Below the pieces are notes generated by a model. That model made no database searches. It worked only from the letters and a program-made list of their open reading frames with translations, and was not told the DNA's origin. Shown here one piece after another: positions 32,551 through 42,014 of a DNA stretch of 64,000 nt. Both the position numbers and the translations under genes were made by a program. Within the stretch, counting starts at the first letter, position 1, and each line of letters starts with the position of its first letter. Source of the DNA: Candidatus Woesearchaeota archaeon (lineage in GTDB: Archaea > Nanobdellota > Nanobdellia > SCGC-AAA011-G17 > PNOQ01); assembly GCA_964587005.1 (NCBI GenBank), contig CAZPJW010000003.1:6392-70391 (forward strand), written 5' to 3'.

Positions 32551-34329
32551 TTAGAGTTTTAATTTGCTACTAAATCTTTTGAACTTGGGATTTTTCTTAA
32601 TTTCTTCTAATGAACCTTGCGCGACGATTTTTCCGTTTTCAAATAAATAAATATAATCGAATAAGTTAAGCAAGTTTAATTTATGTATTGCAGATATTAC
32701 TGTTTTGTTTTTAAATTTTTTGAAAGTATTCTTGTAGATTTTTGTTTCATTTAAACTATCTACACTTGAAGTTGGCTCGTCCATTAATACTATCTCACTA
32801 GTTTTTGCTGCGAGTATTCCTCTTGCTAGAGCCAATCTTTGTTTTTCTCCACCGCTTAATGAAACTCCTTTTTCAAGAACATTTGTATCAAGCCCTTTCT
32901 CTAATCTATTTAGAACTGTTCTGAATTGTGCTAGATCTATTGCTTTTTCTAATTCTTCTTTTTTAGTTCTTATATCCATGGTTATGTTGTAACCAATTGT
33001 GTTGTTGAATATTTCGGGATCTTGGGGAATTAGGGTAACATGTTTCTTAAGATTCCAAAAATCGTTTTCTAATCTTTTTTTATTGCAGTATATTTTGCCC
33101 TTTTCTGGATGATAAAGGCCTCTTATTAAGGCAAGCATAGTGCTTTTTCCTGAACCAGATTCTCCAACAAAAGCTATTTTTTGTCCTTTTGAAATATTTA
33201 CATTAATATCATTTATTTGGTGTTTTTTCCCTTCTTTGTCATATGTGAAATGAACATTTTTTAGTTCGATATTTTTCCAGTTTAATGGGAGGGTTCCTCT
33301 CAATTCCTTTTTCAATTTGTCAAATTCGTCATCTATTGGACTTGCATTTTTTAGTTTGGCGTTTATTTCAACTAAATCTCCATATAGACTTGCAAAATTA
33401 TAGAAGGTGTAACCTACTTTGTCCAGATATCCATATAGCATGTACAATGTTCCAATCATAATCACACCAGTTGTTGTGAAATCCGTGTATGCTCTCCAGC
33501 TAAGTACTATAACGGTCATTATTGAAATTGCTATAGACGCGAAGGCCCATTTGAATTCGTTTACGATGGATGCACTTTTTATTGTGTCATATGCTTTCAT
33601 TACTTTTGAATCTATTTCTTTTTTTACGGTTCTTTTTAGTTTTAGTGTGATTATTGTTGTTATGTTGCTTAGATAATCAAAAATTGATGCTGCTGCTTTA
33701 TTTTCAAATTTATTTATTGCCTTGTATTTTTCTACGAGTCTTTTGTCAAATCTGAATATTATGAATAGAGTTGTTAATGCGAATACTAATGCGAATAGAG
33801 CGGCTTTTAGATCTATGAATAGTAGTACTATTACTGAACCGAATAAACCGATGATCCCCTCAATTATTCGGAAAGTCATCCATTGTGAGAATCCCCCTAT
33901 TCCGTTAGAGCTTTTGTTGATTTTATCGATAGTATCTCCGGAATGGTGATCCTTGTGCCAACTGATTGGAAGTTCTAGGACTTTTGATATCTTTTTGTTT
34001 AGAAAATTTCTTTTTACTAAAAATCCTGTTCTTGTTTCCATTACTCTAGCTGTTCCATGAAATGCCCAGAAACCAATTGTAACTGCTAAAAGGAGCATTA
34101 TTTTTAAGATTAGGCTAGTAAGTTCTGCGTTTGATGTAATTGTGTTTTGAATGGAGTTGAAAATTAGGCCGATTATTAATGGTTGTGCTAAATTAATTAT
34201 GTTCCCAATTATGAAGAGAGTTACATAAAGTATGAATGTTCTTCTTTCTTTTCCTAAAAATTTCCATTCCGTTTTTAGGAGATTGAAAATTGGATTTCCA
34301 GAATTTTCTTCTTTCATAATTATTTTCAT
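32551..34329 (-). CDS. ABC transporter, fused permease/ATPase (type I exporter, MsbA-like)
   Basis: 6-TM N-terminal domain; Walker A GESGSGKST, signature LSGGEKQRLALARG, Walker B IVLMDEPTS. Confidence 0.85.
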   Translation of the reverse strand: MKIIMKEENSGNPIFNLLKTEWKFLGKERRTFILYVTLFIIGNIINLAQPLIIGLIFNSIQNTITSNAELTSLILKIMLLLAVTIGFWAFHGTARVMETRTGFLVKRNFLNKKISKVLELPISWHKDHHSGDTIDKINKSSNGIGGFSQWMTFRIIEGIIGLFGSVIVLLFIDLKAALFALVFALTTLFIIFRFDKRLVEKYKAINKFENKAAASIFDYLSNITTIITLKLKRTVKKEIDSKVMKAYDTIKSASIVNEFKWAFASIAISIMTVIVLSWRAYTDFTTTGVIMIGTLYMLYGYLDKVGYTFYNFASLYGDLVEINAKLKNASPIDDEFDKLKKELRGTLPLNWKNIELKNVHFTYDKEGKKHQINDINVNISKGQKIAFVGESGSGKSTMLALIRGLYHPEKGKIYCNKKRLENDFWNLKKHVTLIPQDPEIFNNTIGYNITMDIRTKKEELEKAIDLAQFRTVLNRLEKGLDTNVLEKGVSLSGGEKQRLALARGILAAKTSEIVLMDEPTSSVDSLNETKIYKNTFKKFKNKTVISAIHKLNLLNLFDYIYLFENGKIVAQGSLEEIKKNPKFKRFSSKLKL

Positions 34330-34374
34330 TATTGTAGTTTTATAAATGTTTTTGAAAAAAAGAAAAATAAATGT

Positions 34375-34836
34375 TTATTCTTCTTTTATTGGATATTGGT
34401 CGTTTTTTATAATCCAATGCAATAGTTGGGAAGCTCTGTAAGATACTGATTTTGTTGGCCATCTTTCACGTAAGCCCTGTAAGCTAGTAAGTGGCATTCC
34501 TATTTCATCCGCTAATTTTACCAGAGGCTTATTTGTATAAATGATTTTTGTTAGGTCTTCCTGTTTAAGTTCTCTGTGTAATTCTTTTATCTTTTTTGTA
34601 TCTTCTTTACCTAGGTAGTTATCTGCCCTGTATCTTGTTAGGCCGTTTGCAGTTGGCGATTTGTCTGGCAATTTTGCGTGAACCCCCTGTATAAGTTTTT
34701 CTAAACCTTCTAAGGTTCTAGCTTTTTGGTAGATGGTAGCTTTTCCCATGTATATCTCTTTAAGACTGCCTACCCTGGCGTCGTAGAGTTCTTCCCATAG
34801 GTTTTCTAATTTTGTATCTTTTTCCATTTTAATCAC
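34375..34836 (-). CDS. Hypothetical protein with a possible C-terminal HTH
   Basis: No strong motif; the C-terminal LVKLADEIGMPLTSLQGLRERW resembles an HTH segment. Confidence 0.3.
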   Translation of the reverse strand: MIKMEKDTKLENLWEELYDARVGSLKEIYMGKATIYQKARTLEGLEKLIQGVHAKLPDKSPTANGLTRYRADNYLGKEDTKKIKELHRELKQEDLTKIIYTNKPLVKLADEIGMPLTSLQGLRERWPTKSVSYRASQLLHWIIKNDQYPIKEE

Positions 34837-34931
34837 TTAATAGTAATATTGTTTTGTTAATATTTATAACTATTTATTAAAAACTCAGTAAAAACACAAG
34901 ATTTATATAGTAATTATGTTAAATAACTGAT

Positions 34932-35891
34932 ATGGATGTAAAAGATAAAAAAATCCTTTTTGAACTTGAGAATAATGCCAGATTGAGTAATAAGGTAATT
35001 GGGAAGAGAATTGGTGTAAAACCGGATTTAGTTAGATATAGAATCAATAATTTAGTTGAGGAGGGAATTATCCAGAAATTTCTTACTTTTGTGAACTTTG
35101 CTAAACTTGGATATACTGACTACGGGGTCTTTGTAAACACCAAGAAGTTTACTAAGGAGAAGGAGAAAGAGTTCGTTTCCTTTGTAAAGAAAAATCAGAA
35201 TATTTCGTTTTTTTCTAGAGTTGGTGGGAAATATGATTTTATTATTGGGATCTTAGCTAGAAATGTTTTACATTTTAATCAGATTTTTTCAGAAATTATG
35301 AATAAATTTGGAGACTATATAACTAAGAGGGACATTGCTACAAGGGTTTTGTTGTTTCACTTTTCAAAGGATTATTTGGTAGATAAGAAGTCGGTTGGGG
35401 GGAAGATGCCAAAATTTGGAGGAGAAATTGATATGGTTGAGTTGGATGAGTTAGATAAAGACATTTTGGGTTATGTTTCTACAAATGCTAGGGCAAGTGT
35501 GTTGGATGTTTCTAGGGAATTAGACATTCCTGCATCTACTATTGCTTTAAGATTGAAAAATTTGTCTAAGGAAGGAATTATTGAAGGTTTCTTTACATTT
35601 ATTGATTCTTCTAAGTATGGTCATGAGAACTATAATTTGTTAGTGTCTTTTAATAAAATACCCAAGGAAATTGAAAATAAGTTTTACGAGTTCTGTAAAT
35701 CCAACCCTTATGTTTCTTGGTTAATTAAGACTGTTGGAAAATGGGATTACGAAGTTGGAGTTGATGTTCCTGATAGGGAGAATTTTCAAAAATTACTTGT
35801 TGATATAAGAGAGAACTTTTCTGAGAATTTAGTTGATTTAGATTTTGTTTCTATATTTGAAATTTATAAGTATGATTTGTATCCTTTTTAA
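34932..35891 (+). CDS. Tandem-duplicated Lrp/AsnC-family transcriptional regulator
   Basis: Two complete HTH_AsnC plus RAM-domain units (DKKILFELENNARLSNKVIGKRIGV... and DKDILGYVSTNARASVLDVSRELDI...). Confidence 0.7.
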   Translation: MDVKDKKILFELENNARLSNKVIGKRIGVKPDLVRYRINNLVEEGIIQKFLTFVNFAKLGYTDYGVFVNTKKFTKEKEKEFVSFVKKNQNISFFSRVGGKYDFIIGILARNVLHFNQIFSEIMNKFGDYITKRDIATRVLLFHFSKDYLVDKKSVGGKMPKFGGEIDMVELDELDKDILGYVSTNARASVLDVSRELDIPASTIALRLKNLSKEGIIEGFFTFIDSSKYGHENYNLLVSFNKIPKEIENKFYEFCKSNPYVSWLIKTVGKWDYEVGVDVPDRENFQKLLVDIRENFSENLVDLDFVSIFEIYKYDLYPF

Positions 35892-35900
35892 AGAAGTAAT

Positions 35901-36416
35901 TCAATATTTTTTCCGATTATTTTCTTTAACCCAAAGAATCTTCTTAACACCATTTTCATTTACATAAGATTTAACTTTTTTAAATCCTAATTTATTATTT
36001 ATTGAGATAACTCCCTTGTTTATTGCTTTGCACTGTGCGAAGATTCTTTTAAATTTCTTTTTAAGACCATATTGTAGTAATTCATTAAGTACTTTTGTTG
36101 CTAATCCCTTGCCTCTAAAATCAGGATGAATCCAAAGATGAACCCTTCCTTCATCTGAATTTGGGTCCCAATTTTGATGTTGTAAAACAATATTTCCTGC
36201 ATATTTTTCTTTAACCTCTATTGTAAAGTATTCAGAATCTTTATCTTTTACTTGTTTTAGATAATCTCTTATTTCTTGTTTTGCTTCTGCTAGGGAATTT
36301 GGGACACTTTCCATATTTCTTTTAGTCTCTTCATTTTGCATTACTTCAAAATAAGGTTTGGCATCTGATAGCCTTAAAGGTCTTAAAATGAAATCTTTTG
36401 TTTTTATGATAATCAT
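35901..36416 (-). CDS. GNAT-family N-acetyltransferase (RimJ/RimL-like)
   Basis: Acetyl-CoA binding motif HPDFRGKGLATKVLNELLQYG; 171 aa. Confidence 0.7.
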   Translation of the reverse strand: MIIIKTKDFILRPLRLSDAKPYFEVMQNEETKRNMESVPNSLAEAKQEIRDYLKQVKDKDSEYFTIEVKEKYAGNIVLQHQNWDPNSDEGRVHLWIHPDFRGKGLATKVLNELLQYGLKKKFKRIFAQCKAINKGVISINNKLGFKKVKSYVNENGVKKILWVKENNRKKY

Positions 36417-36506
36417 AGATATTTTAAAATTTTAAGTAAATATAAATATATCGATAAGAAAAATTACCTTCTTCTATTTTTAGGACTTCAAGTTTTTTGA
36501 ATCTAA

Positions 36507-38297
36507 TTACAACAATAATTCAATATCTTTTCCAATTATTTTTTTCAAATCTTCAAATAATTTAGTTGTTAAAGAAATAGATTGTGGAACTTCTACATCA
36601 ACTAATGTTTTGTCTAGTTCGTCCCGATTTGAATCTTTTAAGTCCACTAATTTTCCTTTAACTATATCTGCTTTTTGGATTTTGTCTTTTTGTTTTAAAT
36701 CTTTAATTATGAAAATTTGGTCTTTTAGTATTAAAATCTCTCCTATTTTTCCAGCGTGTTTAAATTTAATCTTGGCTCGTTCAATACCAAAGAATTTTTT
36801 CCTTTGAACATGTTCTGTTACTGCTCTTATGAATGTTCTGACTTCTCTCTTTACTTTATCTGATTCTGCTTTTATTAATTTTTTAGATTTGAAATCAGCG
36901 TATGCCTTATTGAAATATTTTAGACTATCTGATAAAGATTCTGGTAAGTTTTCTTTTTCTATGAATTTTTTGAATCCTAAATCTAGTTTTTTGAAGGGTA
37001 TTCCTTCCTCTGTTAATATTTTTTCAAGAGTATTATTTAGAGCACTATACATTTCTGTGAATGTTTCTTTTTCTGTTTTTTTCTCAATTTGTTTGAATAG
37101 TTTTTTTATTCTTGCTAAGTATGCTTCGGAATCTAATAATAATTGATCAATTTCTGCCCCCTTAATCTCTTTTACTTTTCCGTGTTCTATATTTTTGAAG
37201 AAAACTCTAATTTTTTCTAGAGTGTCAACATATTTTTGTTCTAGAATTTTTTCTTTCTTAACAAAGATTTCTTCTAATAGTTTAACGGTTTCTTTTGGTG
37301 TTGGTGGAGAAATTCCATAAAGCATTAATGCTGCTTGTGAGGGATTTAATATTCCGTAGTATAAATCTTCTCCGGCAATCATTAGTAATTTCTTTTTTGC
37401 TCTGTCTAGTAATTTTTCTCCCATATCCATTTGCATGTCTATTGCTTCCGGGGAAGGCCTGATTCTTCCCATATTTAATAATAATCTCCAGGGCGTGAAA
37501 ACTCCCCTATCATAAATTGGTACTCCGTCTCTTAGTAATGTGAATATAACCGGGTGTGCATCTTTTACAGATTCCCAGAAATCAGTTAAAATATATATTT
37601 GAACGTGGAAGTCTTTTTTTACACCAGTTATTGCGGATGCTTCAAAGCCTTGACTTATAATTAATGATCTTAATTTGTCTCTTAGTTCGGTACGTGTCAT
37701 TCTTCGGACATCGGTATCGTCTATTACAACATAAACATCGATATCATTTGATTTTTCTCCTCTAAATAATGAACCTGCTGCCACGTAGCTAACAATATAT
37801 TTTTCGAATTTTTGTAAGACCATGTTTTTATGGACTTCGGAGATTTTTAAGGCACCTAAAAAGTCCATTGGATCATAAAGAATTGCAGACATTGCCGTCA
37901 TTTGTAGAACTTCGTATTTTGAATCGAATAAGGATTCTTTTATTTCTGAGACAGTATAAACTTCTGGGTATATATCATCTGATTGTGCAACTTTATCTAA
38001 TTCTGAAAATACTTTATCTCTTAATTTGAAATCCGGTTGTAATTTTGATTTTGAATCATCAACTACTACAAGTACTTGAGTTTCTCTTTTGTTTTGTTTT
38101 GGTGGTTGGTTTGGTGCATTTGGTTCTGCTTTTTGTGGCGGAAGTAATGCAACCCCTAGAATTTGTTTTTTATGAGTTTTTAGAATTTTATCTTTGAATT
38201 TCTCTGCTTTTGCCTTAATTTTTTCTATTTTCGCCTTTATTTTCTCTTGTTCTTCCGGCGTAGGCAATTTTGGTGGTAAATATGGAGATTGATTCAT
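36507..38297 (-). CDS. Nucleotidyltransferase-domain protein (Pol β-type NTase plus helical domain) with long charged extensions; paralog of 26499–27407
   Basis: AAGSLFRGEKSNDIDVYVVIDDT NTase signature; the GRIRPSPEAI...SQAALMLYGISPPTPKE block aligns with the 302-aa paralog; Lys/Glu-rich N- and C-terminal extensions. Confidence 0.5.
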   Translation of the reverse strand: MNQSPYLPPKLPTPEEQEKIKAKIEKIKAKAEKFKDKILKTHKKQILGVALLPPQKAEPNAPNQPPKQNKRETQVLVVVDDSKSKLQPDFKLRDKVFSELDKVAQSDDIYPEVYTVSEIKESLFDSKYEVLQMTAMSAILYDPMDFLGALKISEVHKNMVLQKFEKYIVSYVAAGSLFRGEKSNDIDVYVVIDDTDVRRMTRTELRDKLRSLIISQGFEASAITGVKKDFHVQIYILTDFWESVKDAHPVIFTLLRDGVPIYDRGVFTPWRLLLNMGRIRPSPEAIDMQMDMGEKLLDRAKKKLLMIAGEDLYYGILNPSQAALMLYGISPPTPKETVKLLEEIFVKKEKILEQKYVDTLEKIRVFFKNIEHGKVKEIKGAEIDQLLLDSEAYLARIKKLFKQIEKKTEKETFTEMYSALNNTLEKILTEEGIPFKKLDLGFKKFIEKENLPESLSDSLKYFNKAYADFKSKKLIKAESDKVKREVRTFIRAVTEHVQRKKFFGIERAKIKFKHAGKIGEILILKDQIFIIKDLKQKDKIQKADIVKGKLVDLKDSNRDELDKTLVDVEVPQSISLTTKLFEDLKKIIGKDIELLL

Positions 38298-38416
38298 TCT
38301 ACTTTTAAGGGAAAATTTATTCTATTTAAAGCTTTTGTTAGTAAAATAATTCCTGAAGGGGAGAAGAGGAAGAAGAGGCATGTAAACCTATGAATCTCCC
38401 GCTCCAGGATATAAAT

Positions 38417-38611
38417 TTAAAAGTTTAGTTCGTCTAGGTCTATGTCGTCTGCTAGTTCTGTTTCTACATCATCTAGATCTTTTATGATATCTTCTTCTAT
38501 GTTGTCATCTATGGTTTCTTCATTATCGGCAATATTCTCAGTTGTTGCAAAAAATGTACAACTTGAAATCAATATGGTTGCCAATACTAAAGCGACTATT
38601 GCTGTTTTCAT
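38417..38611 (-). CDS. Small highly acidic secreted lipoprotein-like peptide
   Basis: Signal peptide with LISSC lipobox, then about 40 aa that are over 50% Asp/Glu. Confidence 0.35.
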   Translation of the reverse strand: MKTAIVALVLATILISSCTFFATTENIADNEETIDDNIEEDIIKDLDDVETELADDIDLDELNF

Positions 38612-38613
38612 TT

Positions 38614-39516
38614 TTAGTTAATATCTAGTTGTTCTTTTGGGGTTGTCGCTGCAGTTAGTGTTGGAAATTCACCAAGATACTCTCTGTATAGTTTTATTAA
38701 CTCTAACAGATTTTTGTGTGCGTCTCTTAAGTGTTCTTTTGCTTCGTTTAATAGATTCTTTATAGATTCTAAATCTCCAGTTAGGGATGCGGCATTTTGA
38801 TTTTTGTTAAAAATATCTAATGCGTCGTTGTATTTCCCTTTTGCAAGTTTTATGTTTCCATCCATTTCCGATAATATGTCTTGCATTTTTGAAACTTGTT
38901 TGTTATTTTGGTCTAACGAATCTATTTTTTTGTGTAGTCTTTCAGATAGTGCTTCTGTTCTTTCTATTGCATCGTTAACTTTTTCTATTAAGATTATTGC
39001 TGTGTGCACTCTTAATTTCTCTCTTACATCTTTCCAGAACTCTTTAATTTCCGAAGAAAGTTCTCTAAGTTCTACGATGTTGTCGGCATTTTCAACTTTT
39101 TCTTTATATTCCTTAAGTTGTTCTTTGTAGCCGTTTATTTCTTCTATTAGATCTTCATACACTACTTTGTCTGTAACTGATCTAACTAACCAGCTTTCTA
39201 TGATTTCTAGATGTCTTTCCATTCTTTCTAGAGTTTTTATTAAAAAGTTTTTAACTATGTTAACATGGTTAGCTGATGTTAAACTAGCTTGGTTATTTGT
39301 TAAAGTAGGTTTTATTGCCATATAACTATTTCTTGCTGCTTCCCACTCTGTTTTTGTATTTTGATATTTGTTTTTTATTACGTTGTATGCTTGTATTAAC
39401 TCTTTATTCTGAGCTTTTGTTATTGATCTACTTGATGTTGAAGGCTCAGCAGTTGTTAGTGGAATCATACCAAACATGAAGATTCCTACAAGCAAGATTG
39501 CTATTGTTTTTTTCAT
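38614..39516 (-). CDS. Secreted α-helical/coiled-coil protein
   Basis: N-terminal signal peptide (MKKTIAILLVGIFMFGMIPLTTA); the rest is predicted helical with heptad-like periodicity; no enzymatic motif. Confidence 0.35.
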   Translation of the reverse strand: MKKTIAILLVGIFMFGMIPLTTAEPSTSSRSITKAQNKELIQAYNVIKNKYQNTKTEWEAARNSYMAIKPTLTNNQASLTSANHVNIVKNFLIKTLERMERHLEIIESWLVRSVTDKVVYEDLIEEINGYKEQLKEYKEKVENADNIVELRELSSEIKEFWKDVREKLRVHTAIILIEKVNDAIERTEALSERLHKKIDSLDQNNKQVSKMQDILSEMDGNIKLAKGKYNDALDIFNKNQNAASLTGDLESIKNLLNEAKEHLRDAHKNLLELIKLYREYLGEFPTLTAATTPKEQLDIN

Positions 39517-39658
39517 TTTGTATCCTCCAATTATGATTTTGATACATGTGTATGGTGGATTTTGTTTATAAAGAAACTTTTTTTAATAGGTTTCTTAAGC
39601 TTTAGAAAGCTTTAATTCTATCATAAAGCTTTTAAGTTTGTATTTTTAGGGTATTTTT

Positions 39659-40297
39659 ATGAAAAAATTATTATTGTTATTTGTTATATTATTAGTACCT
39701 GTTTTTGCTAGTGCGGCAACCCTACATGGAACAGTTTATGATTTGGATTTTGAAGTTGTTGAAAATGCTGTTGTGGAGATTAATTCTAATCCCTTACAAA
39801 GTATGATAGCTGTTAATGGGGATTATTCTTTTGAGTTGAATGAAGGAGATTATATCTTGGAAGCTAAATATTATATTGGTCAGACTTTAGTGTCTAGTGT
39901 TTCTGAGGAAGTTAGCATAGTTGAAGATGGAGATTATGTTCTGGATTTAATCTTATTTCCTAATTTAGATGAAGAAATTGTTGATGATTTTGATTTTGAT
40001 GATGAGGAGACTAGAACGTCTTTAACTTATTGGATGATTGGACTTGCTGTCTTTTTTATTTTGTTTGTTTTGTTTAGGTATAAAAAACCTAAGAAAAAGA
40101 AATTTGATAGGGATGAGGCCGATGATGTTTTAGAGTTTATTAAAAAAGAAGGTGGAAGAACTACTCAGAAAGAGATTAGGAAAAATTTGGGTTTTGGTGA
40201 GGCCAAGATGAGTTTGATTATTGCTGAATTAGAACATAAGAAAGTAGTTAAGAGAATTAAGAAAGGTAGAGGGAATATTATTATTTTGAATAAATAA
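39659..40297 (+). CDS. Membrane-anchored winged-helix protein with an extracytoplasmic carboxypeptidase-regulatory-like β-domain
   Basis: Signal peptide, GTVYD...VENAVVEI (CarbopepD_reg-like), a single TM (WMIGLAVFFILFVLF), then a basic stop-transfer and a wHTH (VLEFIKKEGGRTTQKEIRKNLGFGEAKMSLIIAELEHKKVVKRIKKGRGNII). Confidence 0.45.
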   Translation: MKKLLLLFVILLVPVFASAATLHGTVYDLDFEVVENAVVEINSNPLQSMIAVNGDYSFELNEGDYILEAKYYIGQTLVSSVSEEVSIVEDGDYVLDLILFPNLDEEIVDDFDFDDEETRTSLTYWMIGLAVFFILFVLFRYKKPKKKKFDRDEADDVLEFIKKEGGRTTQKEIRKNLGFGEAKMSLIIAELEHKKVVKRIKKGRGNIIILNK

Positions 40298-40299
40298 AT

Positions 40300-40629
40300 T
40301 TATTTTGTTTTAAGGATGTGTTCGGACCACTCTCTTAAAGTTATTCCTCCCCACTCTTTTTCTCCGGGGGGGCAAAATTCTTGGGGGAATACTTGGATTC
40401 GATCAATTAATATTTCTAACTCGCCAGAGCTTTTTTCTTCTTTAAATGGACAGCCATTCCAATCCGGTTGTTCACCTTCCTTTTCCATTTGGCATGGTCT
40501 GTAGGAATCAATTACCAGGGCGCATTGGTTGCCATGTTGGTCCATCATCATTCCATTGGCTGCGAAGAAACCATAGAATGGACAGGTGTGCCTTTCTTTT
40601 TCTTTGTAAGGTTTTAATTCTTCTGGCAT
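40300..40629 (-). CDS. Hypothetical Cys-containing protein
   Basis: 109 aa, several Cys (HTCPFYG, NQC, RPCQ, NGCPF, FCPPG), GC-richer codons; no assignable family. Confidence 0.3.
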   Translation of the reverse strand: MPEELKPYKEKERHTCPFYGFFAANGMMMDQHGNQCALVIDSYRPCQMEKEGEQPDWNGCPFKEEKSSGELEILIDRIQVFPQEFCPPGEKEWGGITLREWSEHILKTK

Positions 40630-40717
40630 ATCGGAGGGAATTCATTTTTGTTTTTAATACTTCCTTTTTTACATAAATAGAAAGGTTTTTAAAATTAGAT
40701 TTTGTCTTTTTTGTTGT

Positions 40718-40790
40718 GAGCTCGTGGCGCAGCGGTAGCGCAACACGTTTACACCGTGTAGGTCGCCGGTTCGATCCCGGCCGGGCTCAT
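40718..40790 (+). tRNA. tRNA-Val (anticodon UAC)
   Basis: A manually folded cloverleaf: 7-bp acceptor stem (GAGCTCG/CGGGCTC), D-arm GCGC-AGCGGTA-GCGC, anticodon stem ACACG/CGTGT with loop TTTACAC, T-arm GCCGG-TTCGATC-CCGGC, discriminator A; no encoded CCA; a GC-rich island in an AT-rich intergenic region. Confidence 0.85.
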
Positions 40791-40799
40791 ATTTAAAAA

Positions 40800-41015
40800 A
40801 TGAAAAACAAAAAGATTATTTCGGTGATTCTTTCTTTCTTTGTATCTTTGGTTATATCTGGTATTGTTTATTACAATCAAGCTAAATGTCCCAATGAGGT
40901 CCAGTGCTCTCCGATGGGAACCATTTCTTACTTTTTTATTTTATTTTTATTTTTTGGAGGATGGCTTTTCTCATATTTTTTGATAATGTATGTTATGTCT
41001 CCAATGTTGGAGTAA
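40800..41015 (+). CDS. Small hypothetical membrane protein
   Basis: 71 aa with two hydrophobic helices. Confidence 0.25.
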   Translation: MKNKKIISVILSFFVSLVISGIVYYNQAKCPNEVQCSPMGTISYFFILFLFFGGWLFSYFLIMYVMSPMLE

Positions 41016-41053
41016 TTCCAAACTTTTAAATTCCTTTGTGTTGTATTAATAAT

Positions 41054-41800
41054 ATGGATTATTCAAGGCAAGAGTTGGTTATTGGAAAGAAAGCTCAAAA
41101 ACAATTAGAAAAGTCTAAAGTTGCTGTTATTGGAGTTGGAGCACTAGGCAGTTTGACTTCTGAATTATTAGTTCGCGGCGGAGTAAAGAAATTAATTCTT
41201 TTTGATAGAGATTTTGTTGAAATGAGTAATTTACAGAGACAACATTTGTATAAACTAGATGATGTGAATAAACCCAAAGTTAAGGTTGCTAAGAAACATT
41301 TGAAGGAAATTAACCCAGATGTTTCTATAAAAGGACATTTTGAAAGTTTGACTGCAAATAATATAAAAAAATTAAAAAAAGTTGATTTAATCTTAGATTG
41401 TACAGATAATATGCAAACTAGATTTTTGTTGAATGATTTCTGTGTTAAAAATAAAATAAATTGTGTTTTTGCTTCTGCTATTCAAGAAAAAGGATATGTT
41501 TATGTTTATGTTCCTAAGAAGGCCTGTTATAGTTGTATTTTTTCTGGTTTGAAATCGATAGACTCATGTGAAACCTTGGGGGTCTTAAATGGGATTAGTT
41601 CTTTAGTTTCTAGTTTACAAGTTAGTGAAGCTATAAAATTATTAATTGGAAAAAAGGCTGAAGAGGGTTTGATTCATGTTAATTTGGGGAAAAATGAGTT
41701 TAATAAAATAAAAGTTGAAAAGAGAAAAGATTGTAAAGTTTGTAAAGGAAAATTTGATTATTTAGAAGGGAAAATAAATAAAGATTTATGCGGAAGGTAA
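41054..41800 (+). CDS. E1-like ThiF/MoeB/UbaA-family adenylyltransferase with C-terminal CxxC pairs
   Basis: Rossmann GxGxxG (VIGVGALGS), DRDFVEMSNLQRQHLY, and CYSC plus CKVCKG zinc motifs. Confidence 0.8.
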   Translation: MDYSRQELVIGKKAQKQLEKSKVAVIGVGALGSLTSELLVRGGVKKLILFDRDFVEMSNLQRQHLYKLDDVNKPKVKVAKKHLKEINPDVSIKGHFESLTANNIKKLKKVDLILDCTDNMQTRFLLNDFCVKNKINCVFASAIQEKGYVYVYVPKKACYSCIFSGLKSIDSCETLGVLNGISSLVSSLQVSEAIKLLIGKKAEEGLIHVNLGKNEFNKIKVEKRKDCKVCKGKFDYLEGKINKDLCGR

Positions 41801-42013
41801 TTTTTCCATTGTATCTTCTAAGGAGTTGTGTTTTTGAGGATGGTTTGGGGTTTCTGGTAGTTTTTCGGCGTATAATGATAAATGTGTAATTCGTTTCCAT
41901 AAGTAAGGTATTAATCCCAGTGAATTTATCTCATGATGTTTTAGGCGTTCCAGGGAAAGATAATCTTCTCTCAGAAATGCTAACTTTGTTATTGGAATTA
42001 TTTCAGCTGCCAT
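41786..42013 (-). CDS. Hypothetical small protein immediately downstream of the GGDEF gene
   Basis: 75 aa; one-nt gap from the GGDEF ORF stop, suggesting co-transcription. Confidence 0.25.
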   Translation of the reverse strand: MAAEIIPITKLAFLREDYLSLERLKHHEINSLGLIPYLWKRITHLSLYAEKLPETPNHPQKHNSLEDTMEKLPSA

Positions 42014-42014
42014 T

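Noticed and set aside
38345-38410. GC-richer stretch with a GGGAGA...TCTCCC inverted repeat between two minus-strand genes
   Set aside because: It could be a terminator-like hairpin or a small RNA, but the stem is short (6 bp) with a long loop. It does not fold as a tRNA, so the evidence is insufficient.
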